Below the pieces are notes generated by a model. It worked only from the letters and a program-made list of their open reading frames with translations, was not told where the DNA came from and did not search any database. A program made the position numbers and the translations under genes. A stretch of DNA of 64,000 nucleotides from Lepidodermella squamata (lineage: Eukaryota > Animalia > Gastrotricha): positions 124,001 through 188,000 of the forward strand of contig JBLDXI010000012.1 of NCBI GenBank assembly GCA_047495785.1, given 5' to 3'. This document shows, piece after piece, positions 44,888 through 57,123 of the stretch. Each line of letters starts with the position of its first letter. The first letter of the stretch is position 1.

Positions 44888-45715
44888 TTTCAGCGGTGAA
44901 TTCAAAATGCGAAGAAATTTCTAGAGAATAATCGGGATTTCGGCTGGTAAGAACGACCTACCGGCTTTTTTATTCATGGCGGAGGTGTGACGTGGTGATG
45001 ATTTATTTCCGATAATGACAAAATAATTATAGTCATTTTTAGAGTCATGAGAAATCCAAGCCAACGAGTTCGTTCAAATTATTCAAAATCGCGTGACATC
45101 GGTCCTAAAACACGGAAAACCGCGCAAAATTTTCAAAATTATGAGAAAAATTATTCCCCTTGACCTAATGACCACGGGGTCAATACTTTATTTTCCGGCT
45201 ATTATTAGCTGAAAGTTTTCTCCAAAAATCACCCGAAATATTTAGAAATGTATCGATTCGTCGCCGTGAAAAATTACCTGTAACTTAGAGCAATTAATTG
45301 TGCACGTCGAGATTTCAAGTCGCAGGTTTAGGAGATTATAGATCAGTTACCCGACTTTTCTGTGGTCCATTTCAATGGAAGAACTATACCTAAGATAATT
45401 GGCGTGATGACGCCGCTGAACAATTTAAACCAAGCTAATTACCAGACCTGACAGTTTAGCACCTCACCGACTGTCATTGACGAGTCGAAATATCAAAGAT
45501 TCACGGAAATCGAGGGCCGATTTTAGATTTCAGGTGATCAATTAAAAAGTTTAACCCCTTACAATGATATCAAATCGCGGGGTTAATAAAATGTTTTCGA
45601 GAAATTACATGGTCCAAAAATTTTACGAAATAAATACCCAACTCAGCAGTTAATCATAGCCATTTGATGTCTTTATACAAGACGTTCAACATCGCAAAAT
45701 TTGTCATAAAGCAAA

Positions 45716-46039
45716 ATGATGAGCTTGAATATACTCCTTGCAACGTTTCCTATCCTAATCATCGCCCTAGCATCTGCTGCTAAGGATCCTAAAGAAAAAA
45801 ATGGGCTGTACAAAAAACCATTGCTATCGATTTTACTGGATAAAAGCCAAAAACCTGCAGAGCCAATAGACACGAGACCTTCCAGACGATTTGTCGATCA
45901 TCATCAGACGACGACCCCAAAAACGACAACGACTACGCCACGGCCCATCATTGAACCGCTCAATTTCGATCGTAAATACGATTTACAAGTCAAGTGGTAT
46001 GCTGGTAAAATGTTTGTCATCCGCCATAAAGTTGATTAA
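45716..46039 (+). CDS. Small secreted protein (GRP-motif variant)
   Basis: Signal peptide; Thr-rich linker; QVKWYAGKMFVI. Confidence 0.82.
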   Translation: MMSLNILLATFPILIIALASAAKDPKEKNGLYKKPLLSILLDKSQKPAEPIDTRPSRRFVDHHQTTTPKTTTTTPRPIIEPLNFDRKYDLQVKWYAGKMFVIRHKVD

Positions 46040-46165
46040 ACACCTTTTTTATAATGATTTTCATACAATAAACGCGATTGGCCAGCCAATGTTTATAGAT
46101 CCTATGTTTGCACTTTATTATTTTCCCCTTAAAAGCTATAAGGGAATTCAGAATTTACGATAACC

Positions 46166-47099
46166 ATGGATATGATTATTTTAATAATTTCAAGTTTTTG
46201 CCTTCTGGTTTATGGGGCGCCGAATCCTGACATGCCCCCGCCTGCCCCCACGCCATGGGAGCAAAGAGATAGTATGATTATGGGGATGGCTCAGAAGCTG
46301 ATATCTCACTATAAGGAAGATCCAACCAACGCGAAAGATGCGACATGTTTGTCCCAACTCGGCGACAACCAAGTCGTAGAATTTGTCATCGACCTGGCGC
46401 CTTCGCCTGCCAGTGACGCAACAGATCGAATGGTCAACGACCACCCGTTGAAGTTTCTGATAGGCGGGCAGCTGAAAGACGCAACCGAAGCGTACTTTGA
46501 GACGATTCAAATGTTTTTGGATGACGTGACAGTTGGGATGAAGCCTGAGCAAACGAGCGCTGTAATTGTGGATGGCAGCCTTAAATACTACATTCGAGGA
46601 CGATCGGTCAATGCCTCTGGGGATAAGGATAAAGAACCTGACAATATGGCCGATTTGTTGGTTCTTTACCCAAAAATGACGAACTACGTCGAGGACAGTC
46701 CTTATAAGGAATATTGGACTAACAACCTTGGCCGAATGGTTCGTCTGGCTCTTGAGGCTAGAAACAATGGCCTTCCTCTCGGTAAAATAATCCACCTTAA
46801 TTTTCATGAATTTTTGAAATTTATTTCAAGGCCTGGGCAAGAAGGATTCGAATCTGAAGCCGATCTTTCGTGTCGTTATCACTGATGGAGCATCTGGATT
46901 AGCTGTAACTGATTTGACCGATGATCCGGGCATTACCTATGTCGTCGACGTTGGGAATCGGCGCTGCTTGAATAAACTAACTGCCGATCTTATCCTGAAG
47001 ATGCCCGGTGTTTACGATGCAGATAGCCTGCTGAAAATGGCTTTCCTGCCGAGAACCTTGCGATACCTCGCTTGCAAAACTGGCATTCGAGGCCAGTGA
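46166..47099 (+). CDS. Secreted protein with divergent VWA-like domain (exons 46166-46781, 46831-47099)
   Basis: Signal peptide; VEFVIDLAPS (degenerate DxSxS), VVITDGAS and ITYVVDVG. A 49-nt intron joins two track ORFs in frame. Confidence 0.7.
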
Positions 47100-47500
47100 A
47101 AATTCCCAGTAATAATCCTAAAAAAATGACAAATATCTCGTTTTCATTCGTGTTTTTATCAGTGTTCCTCTTCGTTTTAGCTTTACTTAATTGCTCCTGA
47201 TTAGAATTATTAATAAATTAGTGTGTTTGAAAGGGCGAAAAGACACAAATTTGCCTAAAACTATCCGAGATGAATTCTAAGTCAAGATCACCCCAATATT
47301 AAAAGGCGATTATTTTCCAATTATAGGATAACGCTATAAAACTACTGATATCAGATTCGGATTCCTCGATGCGGGTTACCCCTTGTGATCAACATGGCGT
47401 TGTACGGATCCGCCAAATTGTACACTTTAAATGGCGATTTTTGTTATAAATTGTCGACAATTCACGGTTGTACACTTTCAATGTGACATATATATACATA

Positions 47501-48446
47501 CAGTAAAAGTGGTGTAAACCGGAGTCGTCTAAACCGGAATTTCTCTAAACCGGACGGATTTCAGTGGCTCTTGCAGAAAGTGTGGACTTTACATAATAAA
47601 TTTGTCGTCTAAACCGGACTCTGTAAACCGGAATTTTCCTAATTCGGAGCGATTTTAGACGTGGGAAGGTTAAAAAGTCCGGTTTAGACCCTTTTTTACT
47701 TGTTTTTCGTCATTTTCAAAACGCTTGGAACCCGGCTCTTCCGAGGCGTTAACCTTGGTGTTGCTTATGAAGCTTATGACAGCCAAGTTTGGATGATCCA
47801 CTGCGCCACCTCTGCTTATGAAATATAATGACGATTAACTCCTGCTTATATACTTTTTTGTGAATAATACGATATCCCTTGTTACAAGATCTAATTGATC
47901 AGTGAATACCTAAATCAAGGTAGTGGATTGGGATTTTTGGGAGTTTCAGGAACTTCCGCGAATTCCAAATGAAAAAATGCCGGCTAAATCGTAGGCCGAA
48001 CCTAGCCGAAACATTTAGTTCGACATAGTTCGGCCAGGATTTATAATTATTGACGTTGTAAAATGAATCTAAAAAATGCGGACTCTAGCAAGTTCTGATA
48101 TGCGTAATTAGTTCGGCCAAGCACGGCTATGTCAAAAATTGGTCGTCCACGATCCTCCACGCCCGAAAATGTTTGACCACATCTCAAAACGTTCGGCCAG
48201 GTTCGACCAGGCAAAACGTGCTTCGACTAGGTTCGGCCAAAACGGGTTCGACCAATTGGTGCCGATGGGGCAGGAAATATAGTTTTTTTCATTCTTAAAT
48301 CTGCTATTAACCGTATTATCTAAGCGCAAATTTAGACTTCGATTTCCTAAGCCGGACTTAGTCCGGTGGTCGTATAGACCGGATTCGCTCTAAACCGGAC
48401 GATTTTGCCTGGCGCGCTGCTAGTCCGGTTTACACGACTTTTACTG
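47501..48446. mobile_element. Tc1/mariner-type non-autonomous element (CAGT TIR, TA flanks)
   Basis: ta|cagtaaaagtggtgtaaaccgga ... tccggtttacacgacttttactg|ta (1 mismatch). Internal taaaccgga repeats, plus a gttcggcca-repeat block at ~47990-48260 that may be nested. Confidence 0.85.
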
Positions 48447-49371
48447 TATATATATAGTACTAGTTCAGGAGCCATAGTAGGAGTCAAAAGGAGCCATAGG
48501 AGCCAAGATCAAAACCTCTGCTAATAATCGATTTCCCCAACATCCATTATAAGTTCGAAGTCCAATTATCTATGGCCTATAGTTTTAAAAGCTGTTCGTT
48601 TTCAGCTTTACACAGCTCTGCAAGGTCCAAAGATGGCAATTTTCTCATCTTCGTATCGATTTGTGTTTTAGCTGTCAAGGAACTAGGAAACGGGGCGAAC
48701 TAACACAACCTAAAATTCGTTCAATCTTTGGAACAAATCTCAAGCGGTTGAAAATGTTCCCTTCCTAAACCAGACCACATTACTCAATTTAGGCCAGATT
48801 GTTGGATTTTGGATGAAATTTTCTTATTTATCGAATTTCAAAAATGTCCTGAACGAAAATGTGTTTTCGAATTTTCCCCAAGATTCGTGGTCAAATAAAA
48901 ATAAATTTAGACTAAATTATCCTAATTTTTCCACTTCAATTCATTCTTCATTAGATTACTGCATTGGCTTTTGAAATTATTAATCATTTGAAAATTTGAC
49001 TTAATCTGCTTCAGAACCGAAAAATTATTAATTTTGCTTCGATTTCGGCTTTGAATGCTATGCAAGATAGCTTATTTGACCACAGTGTGAATGCATTTGG
49101 ACTATTTGGACTATAGAAGACAGAAGACCGTAATAAAAAAATATGGGCTGATGATTAATCCCTGCTTCATTTTCCAGTACATACACACCAAATTCCTACT
49201 GAGCTGCGCAAAAGAAGAGAAGGATGGAGAACGCAATACTTTTTATGCGTGTATATTCACTGAGCTGCAGCTCCCCTATGATCATCGTATACATCAGCCG
49301 TTGGTATTAATAAATACGCAAGACTCTGCATTCATTTTTTCTTCTGCGCCCGCATTTTTCGCCTCTCAAGC

Positions 49372-52203
49372 ATGTTCACCGCAAGCGATCAGTACGAGGT
49401 TAAGCGACAATTGGGCAGTGGTGGCTTCGGTTTCGCCTACCTGGTTCAGCAGCGAGGTGTTGCCGAAAATGGCTACGTCAACGAACGGCTCTACGTCATT
49501 AAGGAGGTTAATCTAGCCCGGTTGGAAGCAAGTTACGCCGGCGATGAGGCGAATCAGGCCAAAGTTCGTAAATACACGTTCGACGAGGCTGAAATTATGA
49601 AATCGCTCGATAATCGTAATATCGTCAAAGTTTACAGCTCATTTCTCGAGGGCGATATTTTTCGAATTGCCATGGAGTACTGCGACTCTGGCACGTTGAA
49701 AGATGTGATAATAGCTCAACGCGGCGTGCCATTTGCCGAAACGCAAATTCGCCACTGGATGGCTCAATTGGTCACGACGTTGAAATTTCTGCATAATCGA
49801 AGAATTTTACATCGAGATGTCAAAGCTGAGAATGTCTTCCTAGCCGCTAATAAAACTATAGTCAAGCTCGGTGATTTCGGCATAGCTAAATCGATGAATA
49901 AGTAATGCTGGTAAAAATTAATACATTTTTATTAATTTTTTCTGGATTTTTCAGCACCTCAGTCGGCCACACTTTCATAGGGACTCCTACCCATATGCCT
50001 CCTGAATTACTTCGCGGTGAAGATTACACTTACAAGTCAGAAGTTTGGGCCCTTGGAGTGCTACTTTACGAATTAATCGCTCAACGTTTACCTGTAAATT
50101 GCGAAAAAAATCCCAACAACATTTTTTGGATATTTTCCCAATTTTTCAGTTTACCGGAAATAATTTTGGAATAATATTTCAGCTCATCATGGGGTGAGTT
50201 ATGCCTCTGTAAAAATTTTTGAAATATTTTTTGTCAATTTTTCTAGACCTGAGCCAGCGCCGTCCTTGCCAACCTCATACAGCTCGGATCTCCGAGAACT
50301 CGTTGAGAACAAAATGCTCAACAAAAATATGGAAGAGCGGCCAACAATGTTGGAAATTATCGGCGAATCTTTTATACTTCAAACCATCGCAGAGATGGCA
50401 AATTTTCAAAAATCTCATCACCCAGCTCCAGTGGCAGTCATCATCCAGCCAGAGGTTCCACAAGTGCCAAGCAATCCGTCTAGACCTGTAAGCGTTTTTG
50501 GATTTTGGTCAAAAACCTATAAAGAGGATTCCAACACCAAATTTATCGAAAATTATGTGTTTGAATTTCAATTTTTTTGTTATCCGGCCAACCGATACTC
50601 CTCACTATTCCGCACATTTTCCGCCAATTAAGACTTGAAAATACATTTCTGTCCGCAGGGCCGATATCGATTTGAAGTATCGATTTCGAAAATAAGTGAT
50701 TTTTCCGATATTAGCTTTCTAGGAAGCCAATATTTAAAAGTCTCCACAGCGTGTAAAATGAGATGCGAAGTCATATCTCATGGCCAGAAAAATCTTAGAA
50801 AAAGTCTAAAACGCCGTAAGAATAGTAATCAGGTATGTCTCATGTGAAAGAGATTAAAAAAATCCGAAGAAATTTAATCCAACCAGGTAAAAACCAAACT
50901 ACCGAACCATTTACCATCAGGATTTTTAGGGTTTTCTCCAGTAAGTTTTCGATTTCTTCGGTAAAATCGTGGATAAAGGATGGACGATTCTCCCCGTGGG
51001 CTTAATTTCAAAAAATTAGGTCAATGTCTTTAAGGTTTTTTTGAAATTACAAAATGATTGCACTACTTATGGTACACACTGTACACACCCGAGGGTACCA
51101 GGCAGGCAGCCTTTCATAAAAACCGGGGTCATAATGTTATCATTATAGATCAAAAGAGAAAATTTTGAAATTGCAAAAAATCGAACAATTTAGTGCTGGA
51201 ATTTTAACTTTATTAGCGCAAATATTTTACGCTTTTTTTTAATAAGGTGCATGACCTGTTAAAAGCTGCGCAAGACGGAGATTTGCTAACAGTACGTGAC
51301 ATAGTCACATCGTTCAATCAAGATCAGCTGACGTCACCTGAAACGTGGTCACGAGCCCCGGGAAATGCAGACAACGACACCCCGCTTCACTTAGCAGCCT
51401 GGCGTGACCAGATCGACGCTGTCAAGCTAATGTGGCCCCAGATGTCAGGACTAGCAGTATGGCAAAACAACGACAAACAGGCGCCGATTCATTTAGCCGC
51501 CCTCAGTAATGCGAAACGCGTCGTCGAGTTTTTCCTAGAACAAAAGCCGGAAATTGTCGAGCTGAAAAGTGATTATCTAGGCCGAAATGCTTTACACGCC
51601 GCTGCCGAGCGTGGACACCTTGATCTATGCAAAATTCTTGTCTCAAAATTTAAGGCGGATGTTTTCGCTAAGACAAATCAGGAAGATGGGGAGAAACTAG
51701 CCATTCATCTCGCTGCATTTTGCGGCCATGTTAATATCGTCAAATTCCTACTTGAAACTTGCCCGTATCTGATCGATGCTCGAACTGGAGATGGCGATTG
51801 GCCTATTCATTTGGCTGCAATTGGAGGTCAGGTTAAAGTCGTCGAATTCCTCATATTACAGCGAGGGTTGAATCCTAATGTTAGGAATGACAAATACGGA
51901 AGAACAGCTCTTCACCTAGCCTGCGAATTCGGCCATCTTGAACTCGTCGAACGATTAGTCCTTACCCTAAAAGCTGACATTTGGGCTGAGACTAAGGTTG
52001 AAGATTTCAAAAAATTGCCGATTCACATGGCGGCGTGGCAGGGCAGATTTGATATTGTCAGATTCCTGATTGGTTACCAGCCTAAACTTGCCGATGCGAA
52101 GGATTCTCAGGGCTTCACGCCGTTACTACGAGCTCAAGCAAGTGGAGAAATCAATCAAGCGAGACAGATTGTCGATTATCTAGAATCTCTACCACCGATA
52201 TGA
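49372..52203 (+). CDS. NEK-like Ser/Thr kinase fused to C-terminal ankyrin repeats (exons 49372-49901, 49955-50093, 50150-50193, 50247-50487, 51247-52203)
   Basis: GSGGFG, YVIKEV, HRDVKAENVFL, KLGDFGIAK and GTPTHMPPE motifs. About 8-9 TPLHxAA-type repeats. A phase-0 donor at 50488 matches the acceptor at 51246; the ankyrin ORF starts at GTG right after AG. Confidence 0.8.
50659..50730. repeat. Partial copy of the atcgat dispersed repeat, in the kinase intron
   Basis: gccgatatcgatttgaagtatcgatttc...gatttttccgat matches the 56964 copy. Confidence 0.6.
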
Positions 52204-52291
52204 ATTTTTATTCAATGACCGAGCCTTAATAAAATGACAATTTTTTGAATAATCTAAAATATTTTATCTACGTCCTCCGGGTTGCGATTGT

Positions 52292-52678
52292 TTACATTCG
52301 CGACCTTGCAAAGTAGCGTTGACGGCTGCCGGCTTGAACAGGAATTACTTGCCCCGGTTCAGCGGCTTGATCCTTGGTTTCGTTGTTTCCAGCGCCATCA
52401 GTTACGCGGAAAGGGCGGCCATTGATGAATCGAATAGGGACGTAGCTGTTAGACCGATCGTCAGTCTCCTCCTCCTCCTGAGGTTCGTCGTAAGTTTTCG
52501 GGGCGATAACGTTTCCAAATAATGGCTTGTTATTCTGGCGGTTATTAAGGAAGATGCGGAAAAAAGCTTCCTCATCAACAGGTCGAACGTCGTCGCTTAG
52601 AAAATCATCATCATCAGCTGAGGCGTGTTTGAAAATCACGCAAAGCACAAAAACAGCGTAATAGCCCAAAAATTGCAT
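52292..52678 (-). CDS. Secreted peptide precursor (GRP-motif family)
   Basis: ATG 52678; signal peptide; acidic region; PIRFINGRPFRV. Confidence 0.85.
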   Translation of the reverse strand: MQFLGYYAVFVLCVIFKHASADDDDFLSDDVRPVDEEAFFRIFLNNRQNNKPLFGNVIAPKTYDEPQEEEETDDRSNSYVPIRFINGRPFRVTDGAGNNETKDQAAEPGQVIPVQAGSRQRYFARSRM

Positions 52679-53135
52679 AATAACAAATCTTGAGAAATAT
52701 ATATCAAGCGATAAACCTAGAAAAACACACAATTCTGCGAAAGTCGAAGATCAAAAATGGCAGATGAATAAAAAAAGATGATCATATTCCATTAGGATAA
52801 TCTCCCATGGGTGACCATTAGTTGTTTTTTTCGAGAGCCTAAAAGCCTGTAATGTTTCGCCTATCGATTTCATGCGGCTAAATGTATTCGTTCTCGACGT
52901 GACGTAGGCGAAAAAACGTAAGTCATTACAGCGTGACCCAAATTTAATTGCCGATGATCGTATCAATTACGCGCTCATTGACGCGTGAAAAATGTTCCGC
53001 CTGAGTTCCACAAAATGAAAAAAATGCTCCGTTTATTTCGCCCTCATGATTCAGAAATCAATATATTATGTATTTTTTTTAATTAAAATATTTCCTAAAA
53101 TGCTTATTAGCTAAGGATATTGTGGGTGATTTTTT

Positions 53136-53492
53136 TTAATAATTGTTGTTGTAGACTTTGTAAGGTCGGCCATCGATTACTTTCATCTGATAGCCATTTT
53201 TCGAATTTCCGCCGATCGCATATTGCTGTCGCCGCCTGTTGACGATAGGGCCGTCGTAGTTGTCCTCGTTATTGAGGTAGAGGGTGGCAGCTGGACCGGT
53301 TCTTAGTCCAAGACCGCTTCTTCGCCGATTTCCGAAAATTCCGCCGCCGCCCATTCGAAGGACGTTGAATCGGTTAGCGGACGGTAGGACCAAATCGGCA
53401 TCGGGCATGTCGCATCTCACCTCGATAATTTGCAGCAAAATCAAGCTGCTAAGAAGAGTTAGAGAGATACAGGATGCAGCAGACTGATGCAT
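53136..53492 (-). CDS. Secreted peptide precursor (GRP-motif family)
   Basis: Signal peptide; two RRR sites; QMKVIDGRPYKV. Confidence 0.85.
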   Translation of the reverse strand: MHQSAASCISLTLLSSLILLQIIEVRCDMPDADLVLPSANRFNVLRMGGGGIFGNRRRSGLGLRTGPAATLYLNNEDNYDGPIVNRRRQQYAIGGNSKNGYQMKVIDGRPYKVYNNNY

Positions 53493-54525
53493 TTTTTCAG
53501 CGAAAATTATATTCTAGAAAAAAAACAGAAAAATTAGAAATTTCGACATGCCAAAGGCGCGTAATGATTAGTGCACTTTGAAATACTTGATCTTCTATTT
53601 TAAGGGCCGCGGGCCATTTGCGTAGGGTGTTTTGGTCAATACTTATGAAATGATTGACATAAAGAAGAGAAGCGCTACTTAATTTTATTCAAATCGACAC
53701 TTTCCCAAGAAAAACTAACATGGCGCGTGGGCATATATTTGGTGGTAGGAAATTATGAGTCAGGCGATGAAACAGGCCCAGGGTCTTCTATATAACAACT
53801 ATTCCGACGAGGATTAAATCGGCATTACAGTTAGCGAGAGGGATAAGCCAAACAATAATATATTTTTACAACAGTTTTCACCAAAAAAAGGAAATGAAGG
53901 GGAAAATTTAAGCAAGCGTGGATGAGTGTTCGATATTTTCAAAGATTGTTTACGAGTATTGAGTTCATTTCTCATGCGATTTATTATTAAGGAATCGAAA
54001 TAAACCAATCTATAATAGCTGGATATCACGCGAGGACATGGCCGGATGTTCGCAAAGGATACTCATATCCTGTGAAATTGACCCACGTCCGCACGTGATT
54101 AAGCAGTCGACTTATTTCAAATAGGTGATGTGTCCATTTTGGCTCAGGTCAGAATATTTAGCACTGCCTGAGAGAGTTTAGGTACTTTGACAGACCGAGA
54201 AACGAGGTAAAAATCGTAAAAATTAAATTATTTGAAAAATATCAGATCTTTCTGAAGCAGCGATGTTCTAATATAACAGGCTATAAAACCCGCCATGAAA
54301 CTGTTCAACTTGACTTGAATCTAATTATGCAAAATTGGCATTCTGTATAAAAAAATCAAGAGAGTGAAGAAAACGTGACAGCATCACAATATTATTTTCT
54401 TTTTTTGATCATTCGATTTTGAAAAATTCAAATTTTTCTTTTTTAATTGTTTATATAAAACATACGAAGTTATTTCTTATATATTGTTTTGATAAAATTG
54501 TTTTTTTTCCAAATTTAGGATTTCG

Positions 54526-54608
54526 GGTTAGAGGTTAAGGTTTTCAGAGTCAGGGTTAGGGTTTTGGGGATAGGATATGATTAAGGCTGAGGTTAGGGTT
54601 AGGGTTAG
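54526..54608 (+). repeat. Degenerate TTAGGG-like interstitial repeat
   Basis: ggttagggttagggttag plus degenerate units. Confidence 0.6.
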
Positions 54609-54929
54609 CCGAATTGACAGGAAAATTTGCTACTGCGTCGACAAAAGGCTCAAAATTGAGAGTTAAAAACGATTGAGGTCAAAATGTAAATTCCAGTCTT
54701 GATGATTTCAGCAAAGCGTGGGAACATTTTATAACCTCAAATTAATTACGATAAGAATAGAATGTACTGGGAATTAAAAACCTCCAATCACTCAGGTGGG
54801 AGGAGATACCGGTGAGAATAACTTCATTCCGCTTGCCTGTAATATTGTCTCTTTTTACTCGAAATCGAAATCAAGGGGTTCAAAATTTAGTTAATTATCA
54901 CAAATTATATTAGGATGTTCCTGTTCCTG

Positions 54930-55217
54930 TTAGTCATCATTGATTCTCCGCATTAGGTTGTAGGCGTAGCGAGCCTTGGCGAAATTGAGGGGCGTAAATC
55001 GTTGCCGATTGCCATTTTGCAATCGCCTTGCATCAGGGCTTTTCGATTTCGCCTTCTCCTTCACGCTGTTTGGATCGAAGAAATACCCACCACTGTCATC
55101 GTAAGATCGCCTATTACGAAGAAGGCTACTGGTGGCTGATACTTGATTATCGCTGATAAAAATCAGACAGATTAAACCCAAAATTAGACGGGAGAATAAA
55201 GTCCTGAAAATTCTCAT
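54930..55217 (-). CDS. Secreted peptide precursor
   Basis: Signal peptide; RNRR and two more RR sites. Confidence 0.8.
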   Translation of the reverse strand: MRIFRTLFSRLILGLICLIFISDNQVSATSSLLRNRRSYDDSGGYFFDPNSVKEKAKSKSPDARRLQNGNRQRFTPLNFAKARYAYNLMRRINDD

Positions 55218-55406
55218 TTTCCGATCTGCGAAAATTTTTGCTTTGAACCTGATGACTTCATGAAGGGGCCCAAGTAGAACAAAGTTGTAGGCGTAGCAAT
55301 TTAAATTTTATTTCCAAATCAATTAGCTTCAAGTATTTAGCTGCGCAACTTCTGCATGGACAGTGCGATTAGTTGGCGCAAATGGGCTATTTAATTATTA
55401 ATTGCT

Positions 55407-55676
55407 TCATTGGCGACCTCGGAAGACACGGCCTTTTATGAAGCGAATGACGTAAGGCTGCTTCTGCGATGAGGCGGCTGAATTGTCCTCGTATTCAGCG
55501 CTTGGCTTTGTTGTCCAGGGCGACATTGGCTGATCTAGCAATAACAGATCTTCATCATCAGGAATTTCGCCTCGATTTCTGGGACGAAGGTCAAGCCGTT
55601 GTCTGTTTTGCGCAGCCTCGCAGCATGCAAAAATAATTATGAAAATTATAAAAAAATTGAAATTCAAAACTCTCAT
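55407..55676 (-). CDS. Secreted peptide precursor (GRP-motif variant)
   Basis: ATG 55676; signal peptide; YVIRFIKGRVFRGR. Confidence 0.82.
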   Translation of the reverse strand: MRVLNFNFFIIFIIIFACCEAAQNRQRLDLRPRNRGEIPDDEDLLLLDQPMSPWTTKPSAEYEDNSAASSQKQPYVIRFIKGRVFRGRQ

Positions 55677-55803
55677 CGTCAAAACTGAAAAATGTGATTA
55701 TGCGCCATAAATTTTTAATTTTATTTCTAGGCATGAAAAATTTCATTTCCGCGTGGAAAAATTTGGCAACGATTTTTTACAGGATGTTAGAGTTTGATCG
55801 CCT

Positions 55804-56073
55804 TTATTCGCCGTCGTTATTTTTCAGCCTATACGGCCGTCCGTGGAGAAATCGCAGGTGCGATGGGGGCAGCAGTGCTGCGTCGCCATCCCGGTTACTA
55901 TTTGTTGAATCAACAGCAGCGATTGCTAACTTGACCAGCTGAAACTGCTTGGCTAATCGTCTGTCGTTGAGTTGCTCCGCATCGTCGTCCTCCTCCCAAT
56001 ACGCCCTAACTGCTGGGGCGATAAAAATAGTAAACAATAGCAGCAGCACAGATATTCTAGCGATAAAATGCAT
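55804..56073 (-). CDS. Secreted peptide precursor (GRP-motif family)
   Basis: Signal peptide; acidic stretch; RR; HLRFLHGRPYRL. Confidence 0.85.
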   Translation of the reverse strand: MHFIARISVLLLLFTIFIAPAVRAYWEEDDDAEQLNDRRLAKQFQLVKLAIAAVDSTNSNRDGDAALLPPSHLRFLHGRPYRLKNNDGE

Positions 56074-56963
56074 TTTTAAAGAGGATATGCGGAAAAAAAC
56101 ATGAATAAAACTTTATTTTTTAAATTAATTTTAGGGCGTCAGGCGATTGGCGAGACTTTATTGATTGAAAAATTACATTACCATCGAGTTGTAATTCGAT
56201 TGAGTAGCTGGATGTAAATTCTGAGCTTAGTACTTCAAGTTGAACAAATGTAAGCAATGATGGAAGGAATAAATTGACATTCGCACTTGTAAAAAAGGAA
56301 AAAGAAGAACTTCAAAATTTAGCCTCTAAAATGACCCTCTAGGGACTTGGGTCCGTACTTTAGCTAGCGACCACTACGACCGATGACGAACAATAGCATG
56401 GAAAAATAACCAAAATGCATAAAAATTGAGAGCAGAAAAACTCCTTGATTTGCGGTCAATTAAAGCATTTAGGTACAATAAAAGCTACAAAAAAACAAGA
56501 AAATTGAAAAAATTCTGGGAGGAAATGTTCGAAAAATGTGCAACAAAAAAACATCTTCCAAATTTGGCTCTTTCCTGGGACTGGGAGTCGCCGAGAATGC
56601 AGTTTCCTTGTTTGATTCAAGGTTTCGCATCACTACGTATCAACACTTCGGGAGTCTGAAATTATTCGGAAAATTTCAAAATGGCGAAAAATCACAAAAA
56701 TTCGTCAATTTCACGAAAATCATGTGACTTGTCTCAATAAAATTGTGAAATAATTATCCATCGATTTATATATGGCTCATGGCAATAGCATGCAAGTTTC
56801 GGCTGCTGATTTAACCTAGTTTTTATTGAAATGGTCGACGGTATGGATACAATTTGGACGATTTGGAATTTTTTGTTTCCATGTCTCACTGATAGACTTT
56901 CATATTACGCGTACTTCGCGATATGAGTGGTCAGGTTACGAATTATAGTTCATCCTATACCTA

Positions 56964-57123
56964 GAGCCGATATCGATTCCAAGTATCGATTTTCCAAATC
57001 AGCGATTTTTCCGATTTCAGCCGTCTTGGAACCCAACATCGATAATTTTTCTACGTAGCTTAGGGCACCATATAGCTATAATAAAAAATCCTAGGTTCAG
57101 GATTATCACCAGTATTATCGATC
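56964..57123. repeat. Dispersed atcgat repeat copy
   Basis: Reverse complement of 21033-21206. Confidence 0.75.

Noticed and set aside
47126-47200. 24-codon signal-peptide-like ORF (MTNISFSFVFLSVFLFVLALLNCS*)
   Set aside because: No mature peptide, and it lies in a T-rich 3'UTR where hydrophobic codons arise by chance.
54526-54608. True telomere or chromosome fusion site
   Set aside because: Only ~3 perfect units in an internal, degenerate tract; more likely repeat-associated.
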